The notes under the pieces are model-generated. The model was given only the letters and a program-made list of their open reading frames with translations. It was not told where the DNA came from and searched no databases. Made by a program: the position numbers and the translations under genes. Positions 1 through 8,465 of a stretch of 64,000 nucleotides of DNA are shown here, piece by piece (position 1 is the first letter of the stretch; every line of letters begins with the position of its first letter). The stretch comes from Bdellovibrionales bacterium (GTDB taxonomy: Bacteria; Bdellovibrionota; Bdellovibrionia; Bdellovibrionales; UBA1609), in NCBI GenBank assembly GCA_041690295.1, contig JAWLHR010000010.1, forward strand, positions 32,001 to 96,000, in the 5' to 3' direction.

Positions 1-88
1 TGGGCTGAAGCCTCAAAGACGAATGATATCAAAATGAGACAGACAATTATGGCGCGCATGTTTCATCCTCGCATTTTTAACAAAAAAA

Positions 89-1882
89 ATGAACCCGACG
101 CCTCGGACTTTGGACCAAAACGAGTCCAGTCAATATCACGCGGATATGTATATGGTACGAAAAGACGGTATGAGCACCGCTCCGAAGCTTTCGGCCATTG
201 GCTCCGATCATGGGCAAATTGTGTCCCTGTTAAAGAGCTTTCATATTTTGTCCTCTCTGCCGGACCAGATGATCAACCATCTGGCGCAAGCGGCGAGAGT
301 CATTGAACTTCCTCAGGACTCGGAGCTTCTGGCGCAAAACCAATCCAATGAACATCTTTACTTCCTCATCGAGGGAAAACTTGGAGTGTACGTGGATGGC
401 GGACGGGTATCGACGTTGCAAAACTCCGGGGATCTCGTCGGTGAAATGAGCGTGATCACCAACAAGCCGTCGAGCGCCACGATTATTTCCGAAACGGACG
501 CCAAGCTGGTTCGTATCGATTCCCAGGTCTTCACTAAAGTGCAGGGCCCCGACAGGGAGCTTTATCTTTACACTCTTTACCGGATTTATGCGACGGTACT
601 CGCTGAAAAACTCGCGGCGACGAATCAGAAAGCCAAAAGGTTCGAGGAACTTTCGCACAATCTCGAAAAGAAAGTGGAAGAACGCACGCAGAAACTGGAG
701 CAGCAAAACGCCGAGCTCTTGGCGTCGAAGAACAAGATGGAAGAACTTTTGAACGCCAGGACGGTGGTTCTTCGTAAACTCAATGAACTCAATGAAAATC
801 AACTGGTGCCGCTGAAAAATTACCTCGATGAATTCCGGCGCCAGCATCCGGACGATGTCTCGGCCGATCAACTGCGCAAGTCACTGTTCGAGGCGCAGGC
901 GCTCATCGCTCCGATCGCCGAGCAGTACTCCTCCGAGCAAATCATTCAGAGCAAACGGGTGTTACTCGCCGACACCAATAAAAAACAGCAAGTCATCGCC
1001 AAAATGGCGCTTGGCGGAACCGGCGTGATTCTGGATATGGTGTCAACGGTGGAAGAAGGCGCGGCGAAGCTAAGCGAGTGCGATTACGATCTGATCGTAT
1101 TTGATCCGCCCAACATCGAACTCGCCAATCTCGCCAACCAAAAGAACATCCAAACCGTTTTGATGACCTCCGATCAAGTGCCGAATTATCTTCCGGCCTT
1201 GAAAAAACTGTCCGTGATTCCCGCCGTGGTCTCGCGCAATGATGTGGATCGTACGTTCACGGTGAAGAACATCGTCACCACCGTCACCAAGATTTTGTCG
1301 CGCGACATTTTCGGCATCGAAAAATATCTGAGTTGGGGCGTGGACGTGCAGACCTTGCCCGTGGTTTCAAGCAAACAGCGCGCTGAGGTCACCGCTCAGG
1401 TGATTCAATATTTCGAGAAGCTGGGAGTTCGTCGCGCCAATCGTGACCGCATTGCCACGGTTCTCGAAGAAATGCTGATGAACGCGATTTACGATGCGCC
1501 CGTCGATCATGAAGGCAAACCCATCTACAATCATCTGTCCCGGACAGTGGAACTCACCTTGAAGCCCGAACAGCAAGGTATTGTGCGCTTCGCGACGGAC
1601 GGAATGCTGATTGGTGTTTCGGTTCGTGACCCGTTCGGCAGTTTCAACGGATCGACGCTGCTTCGTTACCTTGAGGCCAATTACGCCGGAAGCGCCCAAG
1701 ATTTAAATGCCAAAGAAGGTAAGGGTGGGGCCGGCCGCGGCCTTCATCAAATCGTTGAAAACTCGGACCTTGTGGTCTTTAACATCGAGCCCAAAAAGCG
1801 AACCGAGGTGATCGCCCTTTTCAACGTGGAAGTGAAAGAAAAGATCGACCACACGCCCTCATTTCACCTTTTCGTCGCCTAG
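89..1882 (+). CDS. Cyclic nucleotide-binding domain protein with coiled coil, degenerate receiver domain and C-terminal HATPase_c (anti-sigma kinase-like) domain
   Basis: 597 aa ORF. It has cNMP motifs LYFLIEGKLGV and GDLVGEMSVITNKPSSATI, a coiled coil LEKKVEERTQKLEQQN, a receiver-like segment RVLLAD...YDLIVFD, an N-box EEMLMNAIY and a G-box GAGRGLHQI. Confidence 0.8.
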   Translation: MNPTPRTLDQNESSQYHADMYMVRKDGMSTAPKLSAIGSDHGQIVSLLKSFHILSSLPDQMINHLAQAARVIELPQDSELLAQNQSNEHLYFLIEGKLGVYVDGGRVSTLQNSGDLVGEMSVITNKPSSATIISETDAKLVRIDSQVFTKVQGPDRELYLYTLYRIYATVLAEKLAATNQKAKRFEELSHNLEKKVEERTQKLEQQNAELLASKNKMEELLNARTVVLRKLNELNENQLVPLKNYLDEFRRQHPDDVSADQLRKSLFEAQALIAPIAEQYSSEQIIQSKRVLLADTNKKQQVIAKMALGGTGVILDMVSTVEEGAAKLSECDYDLIVFDPPNIELANLANQKNIQTVLMTSDQVPNYLPALKKLSVIPAVVSRNDVDRTFTVKNIVTTVTKILSRDIFGIEKYLSWGVDVQTLPVVSSKQRAEVTAQVIQYFEKLGVRRANRDRIATVLEEMLMNAIYDAPVDHEGKPIYNHLSRTVELTLKPEQQGIVRFATDGMLIGVSVRDPFGSFNGSTLLRYLEANYAGSAQDLNAKEGKGGAGRGLHQIVENSDLVVFNIEPKKRTEVIALFNVEVKEKIDHTPSFHLFVA

Positions 1883-1994
1883 GCTTTCCGTTTTCTATTT
1901 CTAAGTATTTGGAATTACGAGGTTATTTTTCATTTGCGCAAACCCGCCACGGAATGTTAAGTACTTGGATTCCTTAAAAACGTGAGATGAGAGT

Positions 1995-2240
1995 ATGAAA
2001 AAAGACCTTCACCCTGAATTCCGTCCGGTAGTTTTCAAAGACGTTTCCTGTGACTGGGAACTTTTGACCATGTCCACCATCAAAGCCAAAGAAACCATCA
2101 AGTGGCAGGATGGAAACGAATATCCCTTGGTGAAGATCGATATCTCCAGCGCCAGCCATCCGTTTTACACTGGAAAACAGCGTTTGATCGACGCTGAAGG
2201 CCGGGCTGAGAAGTTCCGCAAGAAATACGGCAAAAAATAA
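1995..2240 (+). CDS. rpmE2: 50S ribosomal protein L31 type B (zinc-independent)
   Basis: [16 protein letters not shown]...[21 protein letters not shown]; no CxxC pairs. Confidence 0.95.
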   Translation: MKKDLHPEFRPVVFKDVSCDWELLTMSTIKAKETIKWQDGNEYPLVKIDISSASHPFYTGKQRLIDAEGRAEKFRKKYGKK

Positions 2241-3092
2241 TTGAGCTCCGGCGCCCTTTATATTCTGGCCTCGGTCACCTGCTTTTCGCTGGTGAATCTG
2301 TTGGTGAAGTGGCTGTCCCATCTGCCATTCGAGCAACTGGTTTTCTGGCGCGGGCTTCTGTGCCTTTGGTTTTCTTACCTCATCTTGAAAGCCAAAAAGA
2401 TTCCCGTTTGGGGAAACAACAAGAAGATGCTCATCTTCAGGGGTGTGGCGGGAACTTTCGCTCTCTGTTTTTATTTCTATAGTCTTCAGAACATGCCGCT
2501 GGCTTCGGCGGTCACCATCCAGTACCTGGCGCCGATTTTCACCGTGGTGATCGCCGGCACCTTCTTCGGCGAGAAGGTGGAAGCCAGGCATTGGTTGAGC
2601 GCTCTCGTGGGATTCGCGGGCGTGTGGGTGATTCAAGGTTTTGATAATCGGGTGAGTGCCTTTGACGCCACAATGGGTGTCATGGGCGCCATATCGTCCG
2701 CGCTGGCGTACAACTCCGTTCGCAATCTGAAGGATACGGATAACGAGTGGGTGGTGATCTTTTACTTTCCGTTGATCGCGTCCATTGTGACGGCGCCGTT
2801 CGCGATTCGATCCTGGGTTTGGCCGACCGGTTGGGATTGGGCCGGTATTTTGGCGCTTGGTCTTCTTGTGCAGATCGCGCAACTCTTTCTGACCCGCGGT
2901 TTTTCTCGCGATAAGGCCAGCCGGGTGGCTTCCGTGAATTATGTGGGAGTGGTTTTAGCCGTGATCTACGGATTTTTGTTCTTTGATGAGAGTTTGTCGT
3001 TGGCGATGGTGACTGGAATCGGGCTGATTTTAGTGAGCGTGGGATTGTCGGCTCGTCGGAAAATAAAACGGGTTCAGGAAAGCCGCGGTTAA
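2241..3092 (+). CDS. EamA/DMT family transporter
   Basis: 283 aa with about 10 hydrophobic helices; LASAVTIQYLAPIF...FFGEKV motif; the TTG start abuts the rpmE2 stop. Confidence 0.85.
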   Translation: MSSGALYILASVTCFSLVNLLVKWLSHLPFEQLVFWRGLLCLWFSYLILKAKKIPVWGNNKKMLIFRGVAGTFALCFYFYSLQNMPLASAVTIQYLAPIFTVVIAGTFFGEKVEARHWLSALVGFAGVWVIQGFDNRVSAFDATMGVMGAISSALAYNSVRNLKDTDNEWVVIFYFPLIASIVTAPFAIRSWVWPTGWDWAGILALGLLVQIAQLFLTRGFSRDKASRVASVNYVGVVLAVIYGFLFFDESLSLAMVTGIGLILVSVGLSARRKIKRVQESRG

Positions 3093-3115
3093 ACACCGCC
3101 CGACCGGGCGGTGTT
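3092..3115. terminator. Stem-loop between convergent genes
   Basis: AACACCGCCC-gacc-GGGCGGTGTT is a perfect 10 bp inverted repeat; there is no long U-tract. Confidence 0.55.
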
Positions 3116-3120
3116 CGCCA

Positions 3121-4137
3121 TTAGAAGGGGAGATAGGCCACCCAAATTTTGGTTCCCGCTTTGGGAGGATAGCTGAAGGTGATGGTTTGGCCTTCAACCG
3201 TCCATTGCAAGTTGGGATCGAACGGGATCATTTTCAACTGGATGGTGCTCGGATTCGGCATGACTTTCAAGGTGATCGATTTCACCGCTTCACGAACACG
3301 GTTACCGATGCTGGCGAGCGTGGGGCCGTAGTCATCGTCACAGATACTGCCCGTCAAACCCTGAGTTAACAGGGCGAGCGCGCTCGCGTAGGTCCCGTAG
3401 TTACCGCCGTTGGCTTGTTGCCGGTTGTAGCAAGTCGAATCTCCGGGTTTAATCACGATCCCGAACGCCGTAAAAGTTTTATTAACTCCAAAAGCGGATT
3501 TGACCGTGTTCACCACATCCGTGGCGCTCGTGCCCGATCCGGTGCTGCGTTCGTCCTCGTCGGAAAGAATAATCGTGGCCAGATCCGCGCCATCGCGGAA
3601 GAATCCCGCGTTGTCGCCATTGCGTTTGGAAATGGCCAGGGTGATCGCTTCAAGGGGACGTTCATCAGCCGAGGGGCAATCAGTGTCCTTACAGTTCACG
3701 AGTTCATCCCGCACGACCGTGTTGGCGAAGACTTGGGCGTAGTTCGGAGTCGCAGCGGTCAGGATTTTTCCTGAAGCGCCTTTGAGCGGCAAGAGAGATC
3801 CTTTGACTCCGTGTTGGCCGTCACTGACGTCGGTGGTGGTAAAACCAATTTGCCAGTCGATTTTGGCGATCATGCTGAGAAAGCTGTTGAGCGCCGGTGC
3901 CAGTTTCATTTGCTCATCGAGCATTGAACGGGAGTTGTCGACGACAAATAATATGTCGACTTTGGCGCGGGTGTCTTGATCGCTGAATCCGAACGTTTCA
4001 AGGATTCCGCCGGGAGGCGCCTCCAATCCTTGATTGAAATTTGGATCCGGCGTGAACGCCACATCCGAACATGCGGTCGCCCATACCGCCGTACTTAGCA
4101 GCATTCCTCTAAAAATTGGTTTGATAAACGTTTTCAT
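3121..4137 (-). CDS. vWA-domain lipoprotein (hypothetical)
   Basis: Lipobox-like ATAC; MIDAS-like DILFVVDNSRSM and IILSDEDE. The start is placed at ATG 4137, after an SD-like AAGGTGG. Confidence 0.7.
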   Translation of the reverse strand: MKTFIKPIFRGMLLSTAVWATACSDVAFTPDPNFNQGLEAPPGGILETFGFSDQDTRAKVDILFVVDNSRSMLDEQMKLAPALNSFLSMIAKIDWQIGFTTTDVSDGQHGVKGSLLPLKGASGKILTAATPNYAQVFANTVVRDELVNCKDTDCPSADERPLEAITLAISKRNGDNAGFFRDGADLATIILSDEDERSTGSGTSATDVVNTVKSAFGVNKTFTAFGIVIKPGDSTCYNRQQANGGNYGTYASALALLTQGLTGSICDDDYGPTLASIGNRVREAVKSITLKVMPNPSTIQLKMIPFDPNLQWTVEGQTITFSYPPKAGTKIWVAYLPF

Positions 4138-4540
4138 AAACGCCCACCTTTTCTTTACAGGCAGGTGTCGCAAGTTCCAGGCCCCGAACTGGACTCGATC
4201 TAGGTCCTAATGATGCGCGGCAAGTTTTTGAAATCAGTGATCGTTCTAATTTTGATTCGGATTTCGAATTTAATGAATTTTGATTAGTGATTGATAATCG
4301 CAAACTGGTGCTGCGATTTTCAAAAAAATTTGGCGCACAACTTTTCGACGGAATTTGTTTTTTCCCATCGCGGTTGGATCCACCTTCTTGTTTTTTTGAC
4401 AAAATTTTTTGCAAAAAGGCTTTTCATATATAAGTCGGAGCGCTGAACGGGTTTGCCGGAAGATCAAGATTGTTTGGACTTTGATCGAGATTGTCGACGG
4501 AATCTTTGTTTTCGCCCGCGAATGACCGATCCATTTTGAG

Positions 4541-5185
4541 ATGACATTCCGATGGGTACACATGCTATTGCCGATCGCCGTGGCTTGGCCGTTGGGGGCG
4601 TCCGGCGTGAAATCCAGTGATTCGCTTGTGTTCACCGCGCCTTTACGAATCCGGTATTACACCCGCGCTTCGAGTTTTCACGTCGAATTCGCCTGGCGCT
4701 ATGAATCCTTTAAAACGGCCCGTCCCGATGAGGAATTTGTTTTGGAGTTTTCGCCGGACGCGAATTTTCAAAAAATCGTCATGCGCGAGTTTCTCATCGG
4801 CGGAAACTCCATGTCCGTTCCCGTAAGCGCGCCCCAGTCCCTCTATTATCGGCTTCGGGACAAATCGGGAAACTACAGCGCGATCAAACGGCTTGAAGTG
4901 GTTTCGCCGACCGCGCCGGAAATTCTGTCCGTGGATCGCGGCTCCAACGCCTCGGTGAAGCTCCAATTGGCTCCCCCCGGCGTTTACGTTAAACATCAAA
5001 TTCAAATCGCCACGAATCCTGAGTTTTCAAATCCCGTTTTTGATCGCCACTCCACGGTGCCCCAAGTTTTCGCCGAGCTAAAGCCCGGCCGGTATTTCGT
5101 GAGAGCCCGAAATGTGATTGAGATCGATCACGCGCTCAGTGATTGGGGACGGCCCCGAATGATCGCCGTCCCTCCCAATCCCTAA
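4541..5185 (+). CDS. Secreted hypothetical protein with two fibronectin-III-like beta modules
   Basis: N-terminal hydrophobic signal; repeated pattern LEFSPDANF..YYRLR / IQIATNPEF..YFVRAR..SDW. Confidence 0.6.
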   Translation: MTFRWVHMLLPIAVAWPLGASGVKSSDSLVFTAPLRIRYYTRASSFHVEFAWRYESFKTARPDEEFVLEFSPDANFQKIVMREFLIGGNSMSVPVSAPQSLYYRLRDKSGNYSAIKRLEVVSPTAPEILSVDRGSNASVKLQLAPPGVYVKHQIQIATNPEFSNPVFDRHSTVPQVFAELKPGRYFVRARNVIEIDHALSDWGRPRMIAVPPNP

Positions 5186-6153
5186 GAACTGCCCCACTAG
5201 CCTGCAGAAAATAATGGCGAGAATTTTGCCCTTAACCACCGGGCATGCGACCAAGCTGCCCCTATTGTAACTCATCCCCAGACATGTCCGATCGCCGGAT
5301 GCGTATTCTGAAAGCCGGATTTTTCCGCCGAACCTCCGACGGAAAAAGAGTGCGAAGATTTTATTGCGTTAGCTGCTCTAGATACTTTTCCCGTGCCACC
5401 TTTCACCCCTGCTTTAGGCAAAAAAAGCGCCACCTCAATCACCGCATCAACAAACTTTTAGCTTCAAGCGTTTCCCAGCGCCGAATCGCAAAACTGCTTC
5501 ACATTTCCCGAACCACGGTTGAACGAAAGTTTCTTTTTCTGGGCCAAAAAGCAGTGCATGAACTTGAACATCAAAACAAATCCAGTCCCCTGGCCACTGT
5601 TGTTGAATTTGATGAGCTTGAAACCTTCGAGCACACAAAGTGTAAACCGCTTTCCGTTCCGCTAGCCGTTGAATCAAAAACCAGAAGAATCTTAGGCTTC
5701 CAAGTGGCCCAGATGCCGGCCAAAGGAAAGCTCGCCCGTATCTCACGTAAAAAATATGGACCAAGACCAGACTTCAGGCCAAAAGCATTGAGTGATCTTT
5801 GTGAGAGTTTAAAGCCACTCACCACACCCGATGTGCAATTCAAATCCGATCAAAATCCAATGTATCCGGAAATCTTAAGACGTCACTTTCCTTTAAACCC
5901 ACACGAGCGCTTTAAAGGGCAAAGAGGTTCGATTGTCGGACAGGGGGAGTTAAAGAAGATCCGATTTGATCCGCTTTTTAGCTTGAATCACACGTGTGCG
6001 ATGCTTCGAGCCAATATCAATAGGCTAGTGCGGAAGACTTGGTGCACAACGAAAGTTCCGCATAGATTGCGCCTCCATCTCGCCATCTATGCGGTTTATC
6101 ACAATAATATGATTCGGGCTGGGCCTTCAGGTGCAGGCTAGTGGGGCAGTTCT
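5185..6153 (+). mobile_element. IS1/IS1595-like insertion sequence, intact copy (969 bp)
   Basis: Perfect 22 bp terminal inverted repeats AGAACTGCCCCACTAGCCTGCA (5185-5206 and 6132-6153) enclose a transposase-like ORF. A second copy lies at 51374-51890. Confidence 0.85.
5245..6141 (+). CDS. IS1-like transposase (Zn finger, HTH, RNase H-type catalytic domain)
   Basis: CPYC...CVSC zinc finger, SQRRIAKLLHISRTTVER helix-turn-helix, FDELET and SDQNPMY acidic motifs, and an LR..I.RL.RKT...TK tail resembling IS1 InsB. Confidence 0.8.
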   Translation: MRPSCPYCNSSPDMSDRRMRILKAGFFRRTSDGKRVRRFYCVSCSRYFSRATFHPCFRQKKRHLNHRINKLLASSVSQRRIAKLLHISRTTVERKFLFLGQKAVHELEHQNKSSPLATVVEFDELETFEHTKCKPLSVPLAVESKTRRILGFQVAQMPAKGKLARISRKKYGPRPDFRPKALSDLCESLKPLTTPDVQFKSDQNPMYPEILRRHFPLNPHERFKGQRGSIVGQGELKKIRFDPLFSLNHTCAMLRANINRLVRKTWCTTKVPHRLRLHLAIYAVYHNNMIRAGPSGAG

Positions 6154-7096
6154 AGGTTTTCAATCGTTCCACGGCTTCGATGAGTTTGGTGAGGATTCCC
6201 GGTTCCTTGGCGGAATGGCCGGCATCCGGAACAATGTGCAACCGGCTTTCGGGCCACGCCCTGTGAAGGTCCCAGGCGTTTTCAACCGGACAGACGACGT
6301 CATACCGGCCGTGGATGATTTCGCAAGGGATGTGACGGATTTTATGAATGTCCTCAAGGATCTGGTTGTCGTTTCGCATCCAAATGCCATTGATGAAGTA
6401 GTGACATTCGATACGGGCGAAGGCCTCGGCGAAATGATCTTCGCCGCTATGGCGAATCATCTCGAGATCGGGAATCAGGCGTGAGGTGGCACCCTCCCAG
6501 GTCGACCAGGCCTTGGCGGCTTGGATGCGAATATCGCGGTTTTCGCTCGTGAGCCGTTTGTAATACGCCGAAACGAAATCCCCGCGCTCGTTCTCGGGAA
6601 TTGGTTTTACGTATTCCTCCCACACGTCCGGATATATGCGACTGGCGCCACTTTGGTAAAACCATTGAATTTCCTTCCTCCGGCACAGGAATATCCCGCG
6701 CAGTACGAGCGCGCTGACCCGCTCGGGATAGGTTTCGGCATAAAGAAGCGAAAGCGTGCTTCCCCAACTTCCGCCGAACACGATCCACTTTTCAATTTTA
6801 AGGTGTTGGCGCAATTTTTCAATATCGTGAATCAGATCCCAGGTCGTGTTTTCTCTCAGCTCCGCATGGGGTGTGCTTTTCCCGCAACCGCGCTGGTCGA
6901 AGAGCACCACACGAAAATATTTCGGATCGAAGTAACGGCGGTGAGAAGGTTCAATGCCGCCACCTGGACCGCCGTGAATGAAAAGCGCCGGCTTGCCGTT
7001 GGGATTGCCGACTTCTTCGTAATATATATCATGAAGATCAGAGACTTTAAGGCGTCCGGTGCTGAACGGTTCCGTTTCCGGGTAAGCTGAATACAT
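6152..7096 (-). CDS. pip: Proline iminopeptidase
   Basis: HGGPGGG, FDQRGCGKS, GGSWG nucleophile, HGRYD and AGHS. The start is placed at ATG 7096, after AAGGAG. Confidence 0.93.
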   Translation of the reverse strand: MYSAYPETEPFSTGRLKVSDLHDIYYEEVGNPNGKPALFIHGGPGGGIEPSHRRYFDPKYFRVVLFDQRGCGKSTPHAELRENTTWDLIHDIEKLRQHLKIEKWIVFGGSWGSTLSLLYAETYPERVSALVLRGIFLCRRKEIQWFYQSGASRIYPDVWEEYVKPIPENERGDFVSAYYKRLTSENRDIRIQAAKAWSTWEGATSRLIPDLEMIRHSGEDHFAEAFARIECHYFINGIWMRNDNQILEDIHKIRHIPCEIIHGRYDVVCPVENAWDLHRAWPESRLHIVPDAGHSAKEPGILTKLIEAVERLKT

Positions 7097-7106
7097 AATT
7101 TTCTCC

Positions 7107-8381
7107 TTAGCGTTCCAAAATGGCGGTAACACCCATACCACCGCCGGTGCAAATTGAAATCAATCCGCGACCCGAACCTTTTTCGTTCAAGATCTTGGCC
7201 AGTGACGCCACGATGCGGGCGCCGGTGGCGGCGAACGGGTGTCCTAGCGCCACGGAACCGCCTTTCACATTCAATTTTGAGCGGTCGATGGAGCCCAAAG
7301 CGTCGGCCAAACCCAGACGGTTCACGCAGAAATCCCGGCTTTCCCACGCTTTGAGCGTGCAAAGCACTTGGGCCGCGAAAGCTTCGTGAATTTCATAAAA
7401 ATCAAAATCCTGGAGTTTCAATCCCGCGCGATTCAACATCCGGGGAACGGCATAGGCCGGAGCCATCAACAATCCTTCGGCCTTGGTGAATTCCACGGCC
7501 GCCGTTTCGCTCCCTTTGAGGTAGGCGAGGATCGGCCATCCTTGTTTTTTGGCGTACTCTTCTGAAGCTAAAAGAACACAGGCGGCGCCGTCGGAAAGCG
7601 CCGAACTGTTACCCGCGGTCAAGGTTCCGCTTCCGCTGAAATCAAAGGCCGGCTTCAACTTGGCCATCTTTTCCAAAGAGGTGTCGCCACGAACATTATT
7701 GTCCTGTTTCAGCTTGGCGAACTCGATCACCAGATCCGAATAAAATCCGTCAGCCCAGGCCTTTGCGGCTTTCTGATGGCTTTCAAGCGCCAGTTGATCC
7801 TGTTCCTCGCGGGTGAGTTTCCAGTCCTTGGCCATCTTTTCACAGGACTGCCCCATGCTGAGGCCGGTGCGCGGTTCGACCACACCGGGAGTGAGCGGCT
7901 TGAGGTCTCCTGGACGAAGGTTGAGGAATTGCTTGATCCGCCCCGAAAGGGTTTTCTCCCGGTTCGCGGCCAGCATGATGCGGTTGAACTGGCGCGAGAA
8001 GACAAAGGGCAAATCGCTATTAGAGTCCACTCCGCCGGCGATGCCGGCGTCGATTTGTCCAAGGGCGATTTTGTTGGCCACGGTGATGGTGGCTTGAAGG
8101 CTTGTTCCGCAGGCTTGCACCAGATCGTACGCCGGTGTTTCCGCCGCCAAGCCTGAACCTAAAGTGCATTCGCGCGCAAAATTCCAATCGGATGAATGTT
8201 TAATGACCGCCCCAAGCGCCACTTCACCGAGTTTCTTGCCTTTTAAATTGTATTTCTCAACCAAAGCTTTAAGGCAGGCGACCATTAAATCCTGGTTCGT
8301 ATAACCCATGTAATTGGTGAATGAACGCGCGAAGGGAACGCGCTTTCCGCCGATAATGGCGACTCGATGCATTGGTGTCAT
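7107..8381 (-). CDS. Acetyl-CoA C-acyltransferase (thiolase, FadI-like)
   Basis: QACGTS, HEAFAAQ, GHPFAATG and CTGGGMG motifs. Confidence 0.92.
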   Translation of the reverse strand: MTPMHRVAIIGGKRVPFARSFTNYMGYTNQDLMVACLKALVEKYNLKGKKLGEVALGAVIKHSSDWNFARECTLGSGLAAETPAYDLVQACGTSLQATITVANKIALGQIDAGIAGGVDSNSDLPFVFSRQFNRIMLAANREKTLSGRIKQFLNLRPGDLKPLTPGVVEPRTGLSMGQSCEKMAKDWKLTREEQDQLALESHQKAAKAWADGFYSDLVIEFAKLKQDNNVRGDTSLEKMAKLKPAFDFSGSGTLTAGNSSALSDGAACVLLASEEYAKKQGWPILAYLKGSETAAVEFTKAEGLLMAPAYAVPRMLNRAGLKLQDFDFYEIHEAFAAQVLCTLKAWESRDFCVNRLGLADALGSIDRSKLNVKGGSVALGHPFAATGARIVASLAKILNEKGSGRGLISICTGGGMGVTAILER

Positions 8382-8465
8382 ATGTAAAAACCTCCGCCAA
8401 TCACGGAAGTTTCGCCTAACAGGATCACCTTTACAAGGTTTGGTGCGGGACCGTAAGCTTGAGGG

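Noticed and set aside
4210..4440. AT-rich intergenic tract with T/A runs as ncRNA or origin
   Set aside because: No DnaA-box cluster, repeat array or recognisable RNA motif was seen. It is explained as a divergent promoter region.
5185..6153. REP/RAYT (HUH tyrosine transposase) interpretation of the IR-flanked element
   Set aside because: The protein has no HUH/Tyr motif and instead shows a Zn-finger-HTH-DD(E/N) layout. The IRs are not self-hairpins.
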